A model generated the notes under the pieces. The model made no database searches. It was not told where the DNA came from and saw only the letters and a program-made list of their open reading frames with translations. The position numbers were made by a program, and so were the translations under genes. This document shows positions 36,675 to 50,400 of a DNA stretch of 64,000 bases, one piece after another. Each line of letters opens with the position of its first letter. Positions within the stretch are counted from its first letter, which is position 1. The DNA is from Octopus sinensis (Eukaryota), in the NCBI RefSeq assembly GCF_006345805.1, contig NC_042998.1, positions 22,816,001 through 22,880,000 on the forward strand, written 5' to 3'.

Positions 36675-36740
36675 GACAAACAGACAGATAGATAGATAGA
36701 TAGATAGACAGACAGGCAGATAGATAGATAGATATGAAGT
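36280..36740. repeat. (GATA/GACA)n array
   Basis: Direct inspection. Confidence 0.95.
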
Positions 36741-37254
36741 TATGTAGGTGGGTAGGCAGGTAGAAAGGCAGGAGGTAAGGAGATAGGTTAGTAGATATGA
36801 ATAGGATGTGTATGTGTGTGTATGTATAAACATACATGCACACACACCACACATCATATTTGTTGGCATATAAGATGCACTTTCATATAAGATATATCCA
36901 TATTTTACAAGTGCACTTTGTGTGAAAAACAAATTTAATGTCTCACCACACAATTACTGAAAAATATTTCCAAGTGGTTTTGTATAGGAAAATGTATGAC
37001 TCTTAATACCTATTATGAGTCTGTGCATGTAAATACAATACTGAGACAGTCTACTTGAATAAAATCTGAAACCATGAATTTGTCATAGATATACTGCAAT
37101 ATGAGAGTATTATGTTTCAGCTTTGTCTTCTTTCAGATCATTTCTATACTTGTTGATCTTTTAGTCAAAAGAATTACTATACAGGATGTTGTTTTAGTTT
37201 ACTGCAACTGATTACCAGAGTGCTGCTCCACAGCTATGATTTTGTTGTCATCCG

Positions 37255-37468
37255 CTCTTTTACTTGTTTCAGTCGTGCAACTGTAGCCATGCCGGAGCAC
37301 CGCCTTTAGTCAAGCAAATCGACCCCAGGACTTATTCTTTGTAAGCCTAGTACTTATTCTATCGGTCTCTTTTGCCTAACTGCTAAGTTACGGGGACGTA
37401 AACACACCAGCATTGGTTGTCAAGTGATGTTGGGGAGACAAACACAGACACACAAACATACACACACA

Positions 37469-37499
<31 letters not shown>

Positions 37500-37658
37500 C
37501 ATACACATATATACGATGGGATTCTTTCAGTTTCTGTCTACCAAATCCATTCACAAGTCTTTGGTCAGCCGGAGGCTATAGTAGAAGAGACTTGCCCAAG
37601 GTGTCACGCAGTGGGACTGAACCCAGAACCAAGCCACTTACCACACAGCCACTCCTTT
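37255..37658 (-). mobile_element. Family-B SINE
   Basis: Homology. Confidence 0.88.
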
Positions 37659-37899
37659 GCCTATATTACAAATAGCTGACAAGTCAATGAAAGTTTATCA
37701 TTCCATCCAGCTTTTTAGGAGAATTTTTCTTTTAGATAATCAAAAAAAGGTTTCTTAAAGATAACAAAGTCATTAGATAATGTAAAACCTATATCAGGTG
37801 TGTGAGGCAGGATACTGAGGAAGGAGGTACAGTGATATGATGGGACCTCCCCACATAACAACTGATGTACTGTAAGCAATTTTACATAAGTTTGTGTCA

Positions 37900-38197
37900 G
37901 CTGATTGGCATGTTTGCAGTATCGCCTTACTGGCACCTGTGCCAGTGTCATGTGTAAAAATATTCGAGCGAGGTCATTGCCAGTACCACCTGACTGGCCC
38001 TCGTGCCGTTGGCACGTAAAAAGCACCCACTACGCTCTCGGAGTGGTTGGCGTTAGGAAGGGCATCCAGCTGTAGAAACTCTGCCAGATCAAGATTGAAA
38101 CCAGGGTGCGGCCATCTGGTTCGCCAGTCCTCAGTCAAAATCGTCCAACCCATGCTAGCATGGAAAGCGGATGTTAAACGATGATGATGATGATGAT
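37900..38197 (+). mobile_element. RTE 3' tail
   Basis: ggcgttaggaagggcatccagctgtagaaac...gttaaacgatgatgatg. Confidence 0.88.
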
Positions 38198-38477
38198 ATT
38201 CTCATTTGGCTCCTCTGTTAGTGGTGCACAGTCTCCCATGTGTAATATGGCCACATTAGTTGCAGGCCAATTTTTAGACACACTGAAAAATAAAAAGGAA
38301 TGTCTTATACTTCAGCAAATATAGTGTATGTTATTATCATGTATTATCATCATCATCAACATCATCATCAGCATCCTCATCAACATTTAATGTCTATGTT
38401 CTATGCTGCCATAGCTCAGATGGCTTGACAGTATCTGATGTATCAAAGGACCGTATCATGCTCCATTGTCTATTTTG

Positions 38478-38781
38478 TGGAGGCACATGGCCTAGTGGTT
38501 AGAGCAGCGGACTCGCAGTCACAGGATCGTGGGTCCGAATCTCGGACTGGGTGATGTGTGTGTTTATGAGTGAAATACCTAAGCTCCACGCAGATCCGGC
38601 AGAAGGTAATGGCAAACTTCTGCTGACTCTTTCACCACAACTTTCTCTCACTCTTTCCTCCTGCATCTTGCAGCTCACCTGCGACAGACCAGCGTCCCGT
38701 CCAGGTGGGGAACCTATATGCCAAGGAAGCCGGGAAACTGGCCCTTATGAGCCAGGCATGGCTCAAGAAGGAACAAACAAA
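38478..38781 (+). mobile_element. tRNA-derived V-domain-like SINE (family E) with 14-bp TSD, nested in an RTE tail
   Basis: Head ggcctagtggttagagc; V-like cctgcgacagaccagcgtcccgtccagg; TSD cattgtctattttg at 38464-77 and 38782-95. Confidence 0.8.
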
Positions 38782-39269
38782 CATTGTCTATTTTGGTATG
38801 GTTTCCACAGCTGGATGCCTTCCTTATGCCATCCATTTTACAGTATGTAGTGCATGTTTTTTTTCCCCCATGCCACCAGCACTGGTGAGGTGACCATGCA
38901 GCCTGCAACCCCATGAATTCCGAAAAGCATGGTTTGGAGACAGAAGTTAGAGTATGAGGGAAGGGGCCAAACCAGAACAGGTCTCTCGCTGTAGAGGAGC
39001 TACTTGGTTCCTCACATTTTAGAAAAGAAGGTAGGAATAATCAAAGTGGAAATGGGAAGAGATAAAACATGGTGATGAGGTGTATGGGTGGACCTTCAAT
39101 GCACAAGGTTTGTAGAAATACGTGAGGACAGAGGAGTTAGAATCATGGTTGGGTAGAGGGCGTAAGACTGTATTAGATAGAATGGAGGATGTGAATATAG
39201 TGGTTTCAAATTTTGGCACAGGGTCAGACGTTTTTGAGGGGAAGGGAAAATCGATGACATTGACCCCAG

Positions 39270-39572
39270 TATTTGTTTGCTCTTTCTCGAGCCATGCCTG
39301 GCCCATAGAGCAGGTTTCCCATTTTCCTTGGCGTATAGGTTCCTCACCTGGATGTGACGCCGGTCCGTCGCAGGTGAGCCGCAAGATGCAGGAGGAAAGA
39401 GTGAGAGAAAGTTGTTGCGAAAGAGTCAGCAAAAGTTCGCCATTACCTTCTGCCAGAGCCGTGTGGAGCTTAGGTGTTTTGCTCATAAATACACACATTG
39501 CCTGGTCTGAGATTCGAACCCACGATCCCTTGACTGTGAGTCCACTGCTCTAACCACTAGGCCATGTGCCTC
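39270..39572 (-). mobile_element. Family-E SINE with 9-bp TSD, nested in an older family-A-like SINE
   Basis: TSD cagtatttg at 39267-75 and 39573-81. Confidence 0.8.
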
Positions 39573-40171
39573 CAGTATTTGACTGGTACTGATTTTATCG
39601 ACCCTGATTGGCTGCAAGGCAAAGTCAACCCTGGCAACATTTGAATCCAGAATGTAAAGCCAGAAAAATTGCTGCTAAGTATTTTATTTGGCACAGTAGT
39701 GGTTCTGCCAGCTCGCCACCTTTGGATGGGAATATACTGAAGGAAGAACTGGTGCTGAGGAGTGGATAAGAGGTGGGCAAGTCCAATGTTGCAAGTGGTG
39801 GGGATAAAGAACAGCAGAATAGTAATATTGATACAGTGGTCAATGAAAGGAAGAGAGTGAGAGGGAGAGAGACACAGCTGAGATATATTTGAGTAGGTTG
39901 CCAGAGACAGGCAGGGAGTGGGGAGAGTGAGAGACATATGGTGTTGGAGAAGGAGAGGGAACTTAGTGGTTCAGTGAGTGATCAATGTAAAATGTGAGTG
40001 GAGAGGGCAGTACAAGAATGAAGGACATACGTCAAGTGTAATATTTCCAGATAGTGAGGTACATCAGCTGTATAAAAGAAAAGCTGCAGCTACATAGCTG
40101 ATGAGTAATGGGTGAAGGGGTAGTGTCTTGAGGAAGAAATTAGGTGAAGGGGCCCATCTGTACATATTTAA

Positions 40172-40498
40172 CCCTTTAGTGTTTAAACCAGCCATATCCG
40201 GCCCAAATATTCTACATGTTCTACATTCAAACTGGCCATATCCAGTCTCTCACACCTAACCTACAGTGACATTCTAAAAATAAACAATGATTTGACTGGG
40301 CCTGATGAAGCCTTCTGGCTTCACAGACCCCAGTAGAACCGTCCAACCCATGCTAGCATGGAAAACGGACGCTAAACGACGATGATGATGATGATGACAT
40401 CATCGAAACCCCAAAGCTAGAAGATAATGCATGATTAATTCAAAACAATTTGAGTGAAAAAGTATTACATTTAACAGAGTAATCTGAACACCAAAGGG
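40172..40498. mobile_element. piggyBac-like MITE containing an RTE tail insertion
   Basis: TTAA|CCCTTT...AAAGGG|TTCA ends. Related fragments lie at 22860-23430. Confidence 0.6.
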
Positions 40499-40509
40499 TT
40501 CAACACCCA

Positions 40510-40860
40510 CAGTGCTTCCAGAACATAGTTTCACCAGTTTGGGCAGGACTACTTGAGAACACTGTATCACCAGTCACCCTGGTGCATTGTTATCAGCCTT
40601 AACCACTTTGTTTCATCTCTTCCTTCTTTTGCAAAGTTCATTCCCGTCAAGTGATTGACCCCTCTTTAAAGAACTATCTTCATTCATACACCTCACATGT
40701 CTTCGCCAGTGCAGTCTTCTTTCTGGTTTGACAACAGATTCCTCTTATCCTCAGTTTTTATCTTTCATTCATGCCATTTCTTATCACTATCATTTAATAC
40801 ACCCACCAACACAGCATGGCACTTCACTTTATTTCTTTCTGTCTTCTCAACTCCTCTGCA
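40510..40860 (-). mobile_element. Old RTE ORF2 C-terminal relic
   Basis: KLRIRGI..RRLHWRRHVRCMNEDS..KVVKAD-like segments across frameshifts. Confidence 0.5.
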
Positions 40861-40869
40861 TTCAGAATA

Positions 40870-41361
40870 AGTGTGTGTGTGTGTAGATATATATATATAT
40901 ATATATAATAAAGAAATATTAGGGAATGAACCAAAATTACAGAGGAAAAACAGATGATTAGGGTTAATCTAAATTTTATGGTTTGTCTCGAAGTATATTA
41001 TATATATTACATATATATATATATATACACATTTATATATAATATATATATATTAATATGATTAATACATATACATATATGTATATATGATATAATAAGA
41101 TACATAATATATATATAATATATTATATATATATATCTATATATATATAGATAATATAATATATAGTACATAATATATTATATATATATTATAAGATAAA
41201 TACTATACACATACGATATAATATATATATCAATCTAATTATATGAGAATATAATAATCGATTGTATTATATATATAGTAGATAAATTGTACAAAGACAT
41301 CTTACATATCCAATAAATATATAACATGTACACTATAGAATAGATACAGGATATATTATAG

Positions 41362-41392
<31 letters not shown>

Positions 41393-41844
41393 TATATTAT
41401 ATGTAAATATATATATATATATATTTATAAATACATCTTACATATCCAATAAATATATAATGTACACTATATACATATGTATGCATACACTCACACACAT
41501 ATACACACAAACACACACCTATGCACATGCACAGACATATATGCATTTGTGTTTCATGCATGGATGCACGTGTCCAGTAATCATCTTATCGATGTAAACA
41601 AACACACCCACCTACAAACACCTTCACACACATAAACGCACAAACACACACAGACACACACAAATATATATATATATATATATACCAAAAAGAAGAATTT
41701 CAAAACATTTACATTTTCCCACATTGGGTTGATGCGTAAACAAAACAAGAAATGTTAACATGATTAAGAGTCACACATTAAGATTAGAGTCTATAAAAAA
41801 TATGCATGGTACTATATCCATCTATCTATCTAGCTAGCTATCTG

Positions 41845-41938
<94 letters not shown>

Positions 41939-43089
41939 CATCTATATATATATACACACACACATATACATATCTATATCTATCTGTCTGTCTCTCTACC
42001 TATTTATCTGTCTGTCTGTCCATCTATATACCTATCTATCTATACGTATCTGTCTATCTAGACTCTAGATAGATAGATAGATAAATAGATAGATAGATAG
42101 ATAGATACATACATACATACATACTACATACATAGACAGACAGATACATACACACACACACATATATATATATATATGCATATATATATATTTATTATAT
42201 ATACCACATATTTTATGTATACATAATATCATATAAATTATATACACATTATATTATACATCATATATATATATATATTATATATATTTATATATATATA
42301 TATAAAATATATATGTATGTAATAATGTATTTATATATACACACTCATATATACATACATGTATTATATATACACACACACATCGTATATAATTTTATAT
42401 ATTGCATATATGTATATATATATGTATATATATATATATATATCTTTAAATGTATACACACATATTTATATGTGTGTGTGTATGTATATATACATATATA
42501 ATATAATATAGATATATATATATATATATATATTAACATCCCAAAAAAATAGGTATGTGTAAGTTATGAAATACTTTATATTTATTAGTTATATGTCAGT
42601 ATTAATGTTATTGATTAGTAATAAAATTTCAGGGAGATGTGAGCTAAAGGACAGGGGTTGTGCGAACCCATAAAACTATAAAAATAGAATTTTGTAAAAA
42701 AAAATGCTTTTTAATACTAGAAAAATAACAAAATAATATTTAATCTAATTATAATAGTTCTTGTGTTGTTGGAAAGTATCCATTATTGTTTGAGATTTGA
42801 CAAGAATTCCATTGAGTAATGGTTAAATTGTGGCTAACTTGTTGAAAGTAGAGATTATAGGAATGTCTGTGAGGGGTGGGGGTGTCAGTATGTGTGTGTG
42901 GTATGTGTTTGTGTGCATGCATATGTGAGTGTATATAATTATATATGTATATATCCTCTTTCTTTTTTTCCTTTCCTGAGCGTCCAATAACACTATATTG
43001 TTCCCGTCCTCGCGTTGTTGTGTTTTCTCATGTGTTTTCATGTTTGGATTAACTATATATCTATATAATTATATATTATATTATATATA

Positions 43090-43150
<61 letters not shown>

Positions 43151-43390
43151 CACACACACATATATATATATATAATATATATATACATATGTATATATAT
43201 CTATATATATATATACATATATATATGTGTGATGTATATAATTATTATATACATTTCTATATATTATGTGTCATACATATATATCTTTTATATGAATACA
43301 CACACATATCTATATAAATAGTATATATTATTTATATATATATTATATATATATATAATATATATGCATGTATATACATATATACATATA
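40870..43390. repeat. AT-rich microsatellite region ((TA)n, (TATC)n, (GATA)n, (CA)n)
   Basis: Direct inspection. Confidence 0.85.
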
Positions 43391-43635
43391 TACTGGAAGC
43401 CCCAGCAAGCTCCATCAAGCCAAGTAAAATTGCAGTCGTGGCAGATTACCAGTGTCATGTAAATGGCACCCATGCCAGTAGCACATAAAAGCACCCATTA
43501 CACTCATGGAGTCGTTGGCCATAGAAACCATGCCAAATCAGACAGGGGCCTGGTGCAGCATTCTAGCTTGCCAGCCCTGGTCTCAAACCGTCCAACCCAT
43601 GCCAGCATGGAGAACAGATGCCAAATGATGATAAG
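43390..43635 (+). mobile_element. RTE 3' tail
   Basis: Homology. Confidence 0.75.
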
Positions 43636-43656
43636 GAGGAGGAGGAGGAAGAGGTA

Positions 43657-44945
43657 GCGGTGAATAAATTGTCGTCTATGTTATGCAAAAATGAAAATAA
43701 CGCAGACATCTCATTTTAACAGATATATTTACCAAAATTACAAAAAAAATGTCTTGAAATACTAAAGAGTAAATGTATTCAATAAAATCGCCATTGGCTT
43801 CAACCATGATTTCAACCTGATGACTTTAGAATCTCCTGCACCTTTTCTAGACAATTTCTTTGTTTACATTGGTGAACGATGCCATAATCCTTGCCTTCAG
43901 TTCATCTTTGGTGTTACAAAGAGTTTTGTTGATCTCTTGCTGAACTGTGCCCCATGCATAATAATCAAGGGGGTCGCAGTCTGGGGAGTTAGGTGGCCAG
44001 AGGTTAGGTGTGGTGTGGTGTGGCCACAGAAATTGCCTGACAGCCACAACTGGGTTCTCCAGGCTGTGTGACATGGTATTAAGCCCTGTTGCCAGACATA
44101 GGGTCTTCCAGCAGCCACCCTCTTGACCCAGGGTGGCGCTACAACAGCCTTCAGGTACTTGATGTAGGCCTCCATGTTGAGTGTGAGGCCGTGTAGGAAG
44201 ATGAATGGAAGCATAATGTTGCCATGACTAATGATCTCTCCAAACACCATAATTGTGACTGGGTGTTTCATTTTATCACACTCGGTACACGTTTTGGGAA
44301 CACAGCAAACCAACTGATGTTCTGTGTGTTCACCATCTGATCCTGGTAGACATTTTTCTCATCTGAGAAAAGCCAAAGCATGTTTGGTTGGAGGGGAAGC
44401 TTGAGTTTGTTCAAAAGCTTCGTAGTACAGTCTTTCCTCTTGTCCTTGATGGCTTGGGATAAAAATTGGCCCTTTCTCATCCTGTATGAGGAATACCAAA
44501 TATCTTCATGCATTACCTGCCTGATAAGAAACTCAGACACTCCCATTTCCCTGTCAATAGACTTGATTGATTGGGAGGGATCATTGTCAATCATGGCCAG
44601 GATCTCACCAACAAATTCAGGAGTTCTTTTCTTATCAGAACAATCAGAATGAGTTTTCTTAGCTGCTGTGCCTTCAAAATCACCATTAGAGTCATCCAAA
44701 TCTTTCCAAATCCTTTGCATTGTCCTCAGATTGACACCCAAACACTCTGAAATATTTGGATTGGAGCTTATAGCATGAATGCCAAGCATCAAAGCATATC
44801 ATACCTAAATTTTTGGAAGAGTGAATTGCATCATGGTGCTAGTTTTCTCACAGGCAGTGCCCAACTGACTCTACTATACTGTGCAGTTAAAAAAAATCAA
44901 GAACAAACAATGCACATGCACAAAATGAAACATAAAATGGTGACA
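43657..44945 (-). mobile_element. Near-complete but inactivated DD37D (maT) transposon
   Basis: ORF pieces 44268-44792, 43897-44313 and 43847-44074 give FSDEKN, QQ(G), WPPNSPDCDPLDY. The spacing from second to third catalytic position is 37 aa, counted in the sister copy. Confidence 0.85.
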
Positions 44946-45001
44946 TATAAATATATATATATATGTATACATATATATAAGGTATGTATATATCTATCTA
45001 G

Positions 45002-45033
<32 letters not shown>

Positions 45034-45049
45034 GGGAGAATTCACAAAA

Positions 45050-45205
45050 AAACAAAAGACAAAGACAGGTGGTGTAGACAACAAACAGATGTATTAGTAT
45101 AATGCTTGGGAAGTGAAAAAGTCTTTAACATTTTGAGCCTGTGCTCTTCCACAGAAAGGAACACAGAAAGAAACGAAGAGAGAAAATAAAGAATGTGTAG
45201 TGGCC
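45050..45205 (-). mobile_element. Penelope-like terminal repeat with decayed CUGUGGA hammerhead (45121-45158)
   Basis: Reverse complement of the 15880-16010 family. CpG decay at cGAAA and ACGT. Confidence 0.6.
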
Positions 45206-45330
45206 AACGATCTATCATAGTGAAGCCCAGACAGAAGGGTCAATATACACATATACACAAACACACATCATGTATGTATATTTGTACACACATTTATGTG
45301 TATATACATATATATATGCATATATATGTA

Positions 45331-45381
<51 letters not shown>

Positions 45382-46073
45382 GTGCATTATACACACATAT
45401 ACACAGAGATAGATAGACAGACAGACAGCTAGATAGATAGATGGAGGGAGAGGAAGTGGGATGAAGAGACAGACCAACAGATAAGCAGATGGATAGAGAG
45501 ATGAAGAGATAAATGGATGAATTGCTGACTGGCTGGATGCATGCATGCATGGATATGCATATAGATGTATAGAACAGAATTAAAAATCTCCAAAGAGCTG
45601 AGAAGAACCACACAACACACACACACACACACTGTCAGGTTCAGTTAAATATATCATTGTCATCATCATCATCATCATTTTCATCATCAACAACATCATC
45701 ACGTTTGATTTTTTTTTTTTTGCTTTCGATTTTTTTTTTTTTTTGCTTGTTCACAAGAATTCGACAGATCTTCTGTACCACAGCATCTCACCACTTCTTG
45801 CTGCCGTTTGTCATCTCTTTTGTAAGGTTTACCCTCCCAGGATCAGCCTTCAACCATTTTTCGTATGGTTTTTTTTTGTGTCTTTTTTTTTCCTTTTCGT
45901 CTTTAACAGGTTGTTCCTTCCTCTTTGATCGTTCAGCACTTCCTTCCAATGCTGTCATCCTTCATACACACCACATGTTCGTACCATGTTCATACCACAT
46001 GTTCATACCATGTCTGTTATATTTCTGTTGATAGACAAAAATATAAGTCGACATCTTCATTGTATGTAAAACT

Positions 46074-46132
<59 letters not shown>

Positions 46133-46149
46133 TGAATATATGTTTTTAG

Positions 46150-46986
46150 GAGCTGATGTGACTGTGTGGCAAGAAGCTTGGTTCCCAACCACAAGGTTCC
46201 GGGTTCAGTTCCACTGCGTGTCACCTTGGGCAAGTGTCTTCTGCTACAGCCTTGTGAGTGGATTTGGCAGATGGAAACTAAAAGAAGCCCACCCTGTGTG
46301 TGTGTGGGGGGCAGTGAATATATGTCTGTAGGAGCTGATGTGATTGTGTGGCAAGAAGCTCGGTTCTCAACTGTATGGTTCTAGGTTCAATCCCCTGCAT
46401 GGCACCTTGGGCAAGTGTCTTCTACTGTAACCTCAGCCCACCAATGCCTTGTGAGTGGATTTGGCAGAGGGAAACTAAAAGAAGCCCGTTGTGTACATGT
46501 GTGTGTGTGTGTATGTATTGTGTGTGTGTTTGCGTGTGTATGTATGTCTTGATGTCTGACTTTGTCTCTCATCACCACTTGACCACTGGTGTTGGTGTGT
46601 TTACGTCCCCATAACTTAGTGGTTTGGCAAAAAGAGACTGATATAATAAGTACCAGGCTTAAAAAATCAAGTACTGGGGCCAATTCATTCAGCTAAAAAT
46701 TTTCAAGACGGTGCTCCAGCATGGCCACAGTCTAATGACAGAAGCAAGTAAAAAATAAAAGATATATCAGAGTGACCGGTATGCATGTAAACAAGAGATA
46801 CATTTGGAACTTATATAGAGAAACCCATTTGAAAAATATACCATAGGTGCAGGAGTGGCTGTGTGGTTCCAGGTTCAGTCCCACCATGTGGCACTTTGGG
46901 CAAGTGTCTTCTACTATAGCCTCGGGCCGACCAAAGCCTTGTGAGTGGATTTGGTAGATGGAAACTGAAAGAAGCCCATTATATAT

Positions 46987-47044
<58 letters not shown>

Positions 47045-47307
47045 ATATATATATGTATGTGTGTGTGTGTGTGTGTACGTGTGTGTGTATATGTGTGTGT
47101 TTGTTTGTGTCTGTGTTTGTCCCCCCCCACCATCGCTTGACAACCGATGTTGGTATGTTTACGTCCCTGTAACCTAGCAGTTCGGCAAAATGGACAGATA
47201 GAATAAGTACTAGGCTTACAAAGAATAAGTCCTGGGTCAATTTCTTCGACTAGAGGTGGTGCTCCAGCATGGCCGCAGTCAAATGACTGAAACAAGTAAA
47301 AGAGAAA
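46150..47307 (+). mobile_element. Three adjacent family-B SINEs (46150-46292, 46331-46762, 46848-47307)
   Basis: Repeated heads and CORE-like segments. Confidence 0.85.
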
Positions 47308-47969
47308 AAAAAGGCTCCACTCAGTGCCTGTACAACCACTAATAAGCCTGCAACTTATTCTAGGTGGCATGGGGTTGAAGCACAAAGGTTGCAAAATTGA
47401 GAATATATGGGATTTTTCTTCCCTCGGCTCCTTGCAATGCACTTTGAAGTCTCCAACACACTGGAATATATTATGCATTGTACATTATTCAGACTCACTT
47501 GAATAGTATGCAGCACTATGTTCAGACTCACTTAAATATGCACCTACATATATATATGCAATCCAGTGCTTCCCTATTCAGATGCACTTGAATATGTACA
47601 CAGTTTGAACTGCACCCTATTCAGACTCACTTGCATATGCACTTGTGTTTATGGATGCAACAGCTCAGATCTCTCTCCTGGTACTTAAGATGCTTATTTC
47701 TCATCTTGCATTTTATTCACTTTTCAATGTACACTTTTCTTCTTCACATTAAAAAAGAAACACATTTAAGTGTTATTACATTCGTTATTGTTGTATAGTG
47801 AAACTGTACACACCTTCCAGTAAAAAGTGGTAGTAACCAGCCATTATAAATAAACCAGTAGCCAGGTCAACAAGAAGAAGGTCAGAAGGTTGAGAGTATG
47901 TGTAGACTGTGTTGGTAGTCGTGTCTGTGATGATATAATAACTATACTGTGATATAATAACCATACAAG

Positions 47970-48384
47970 GCGGAAAGCTGGCAGAAGCGTTAGCATGCCG
48001 GGCAAAATGCTTTGCGGCATTTCGTCCGCCGTTACATTCTGAGTTCAAATTCTGCTGAGATCAACTTTGCCTTTCATCCTTTCGGGGTCAATAAATTAAG
48101 TACCAGTTACGCACTGGGGTCGATATAATTGACTTAATCCATCTGTCTGTCCTTATTTGTATCCTCTGTGTTTAGCCCCTTGTGGGTAGTAAAGAAATAG
48201 GTATTTCATCTGCCGTTACGTTCTGAGTTCAAATTCCGCTGAGGTCGACTTTGCCTTTCATCCTTTCGGAGTCGATAAATTAAGTACCAGTTACACACTG
48301 GGGTCGATATACTTGATTTAATCCGTCTGTCTGTCCTTGTTTGTCCCCTCTGTGTTTAAGCCCCTTGTGGGTAGTAAAGAAATA
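47970..48384 (+). mobile_element. Family-A SINE tandem dimer
   Basis: Junction at 48199/48200. Flanking direct repeat gatataataactatactgtgata. Confidence 0.88.
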
Positions 48385-48522
48385 GATATAATAACTATAC
48401 TGTGATACTGAGTGGACATTATAATGCTCCAGCCTTTTGAGGATAATAACAGTGTGTGACTGGGCATTGCACAGTGCCAGATAGAACCATTCTGTTGACA
48501 ACTTCGGAATATAACAATACCT

Positions 48523-48754
48523 ATTTCTTTACTACCCACAATGGGCTAAACACAGAGGGGACAAACAAGGACAGACAAACGGATTAAGTCGATTACATCG
48601 ACCCCAGTGCGTAACTGGTACTTATTTAATCGACCCCGAAAGGATGAAAGGCAAAGTCGACCTTGGCGGAATTTGAATTCAGAACGTAACGGCAGACAAA
48701 ATACAGCTACGCATTTCGCCCGGCATGCTAACAATTCTGCCAGCTCACTGCCTT
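48523..48754 (-). mobile_element. Family-A SINE with 16-bp TSD
   Basis: TSD gaatataacaatacct at 48507-22 and 48755-70. Confidence 0.9.
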
Positions 48755-50039
48755 GAATATAACAATACCTGTGAGAGCAACTACCATCATCAGAAGACAG
48801 ATCCAACAGTGGCAAAAGACTGCTTTACAACAGTTTAGATATTCATTTCCTCAAGTCGAATATAGACAGACAGAAGCAGATTTCAAAACCCATTAGTCTA
48901 GCACTTTGCTGGTATGCCTATCACTCTTATAAAGAATGAGGCAATGCGAAGTATCAACCTTTTTTACGATAATGAAGATGTGATTTAAAGATTTCGCTGG
49001 TATTTCTAGCAGGTAGAGTCAATACACACAGCCTCTCACTGAGTAATTTAGCAACTGTTGTTTACTTCTAGATCAAGCAGACCTAGGGTCATAACCATCA
49101 CCATTCCGTCTTCTATATATTTGCTAAGAACCCAGGACTATGTTATCCAACATGTCCTTTGCTCATATAGCAAGGTGTAATTTGAGGTTGATTTGGCTAC
49201 TATTTCTAGCAGATCAAGTGGTCATATAAATGCTCCTTCGTCAGTTCAGGCATATATAAGTGACAAATGCTTAATTAGCCAGTAACATTTTATTCATATG
49301 GTCTATTTCTCTCCAAACAATTAAATTAAATTAGTATAAGCTTTGGTGTACCTCCTCTCTGTCTCTCTCTGTCTATAAATCTATCTCTCTCCTCTCTCTC
49401 CCACTCTCTTTCTCTCTCCCTCTCTCTCCCTCTCTCTCCCTCTCTCCTTTTCTCTCCCCCACTCTCTTTCTCCCTCTCTCTCTCCCCCTCTCTGTCTCTC
49501 ATTTCCTCTGACCAGGTGATGTACATAATAAAGATCAGTAGTATAAGATCCAAGCGAAATTTGCCTCAATCTCCTCACAGCTGCTTCTGATTTCATTCGC
49601 CTATTCTTGCCACATCGATATTCTAGGCATTAATTACTTTCTATAACAATGTGTTAATTGAATTACAATAAATGAGACGACTGAATATCTATAATAGAAT
49701 AAACACCAGTTCTACACATCTCAACATATCTAAACTAAACAGACAATTAACATCCTTCTCATTCAAATAACCAAGCCAATGAACCTATACACCCTTTCAT
49801 TGAAGATTAGACAAACAAGAACAGAATTAATTCCAATTGATACTTGTTGTTATTGCAGTTGCTGTTGTTGTTTTTACTGCTGTTTTTGTTATTGTAGATG
49901 TTGTTGCTGCTGTTGTAGTTGTTGCATTGTTGTTGTGCATATAAAATGTTGTGTATATAAAATGTATGATAACACAACATTAAAACAAAATATAATTTAA
50001 AGAAATAAGACATGAAAGATTTTCTGGTTAGATTCAGTC

Positions 50040-50400
50040 GGATACAACATAACCCAGTTCACTTAACCATTTCTCAAATTGTCTTTCAGTGCATCCAAAT
50101 GCACCAGTGAGCAGTTTTGAGATATTCAATGCGTATAAAACAGCATCATCTTGTTGTTGTTCTTTTTTTAAGCTCCAGCAATCTATCTCTTGCGGTTTGT
50201 TTATATTCTGAACTTTACTGTTTTCGTCATTACAACTTGAAGAATCACTGATGCGTAATTTTGTCTATCAGCAGTTTATTTGATATTCAAAGAATTGTGA
50301 CTCTTAATTCATCTTTATCTTCTGCATTTCCTTTGTTATTTCCTTGGGAGGGATTTCATTGCCATTTAGAAGAAAGATTTCCACCTCACTTATTTTCCAT
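50040..50400 (-). pseudogene. Possible relic of a restriction-like-endonuclease LINE C-terminus
   Basis: LLTGAFGCTERQFEKWLSELG resembles the vvGalG....fekwl..lG motif. Highly decayed. Confidence 0.35.

Noticed and set aside
49195-49250. Minus-strand ctgacga...gaaat
   Set aside because: No convincing stem I or stem III
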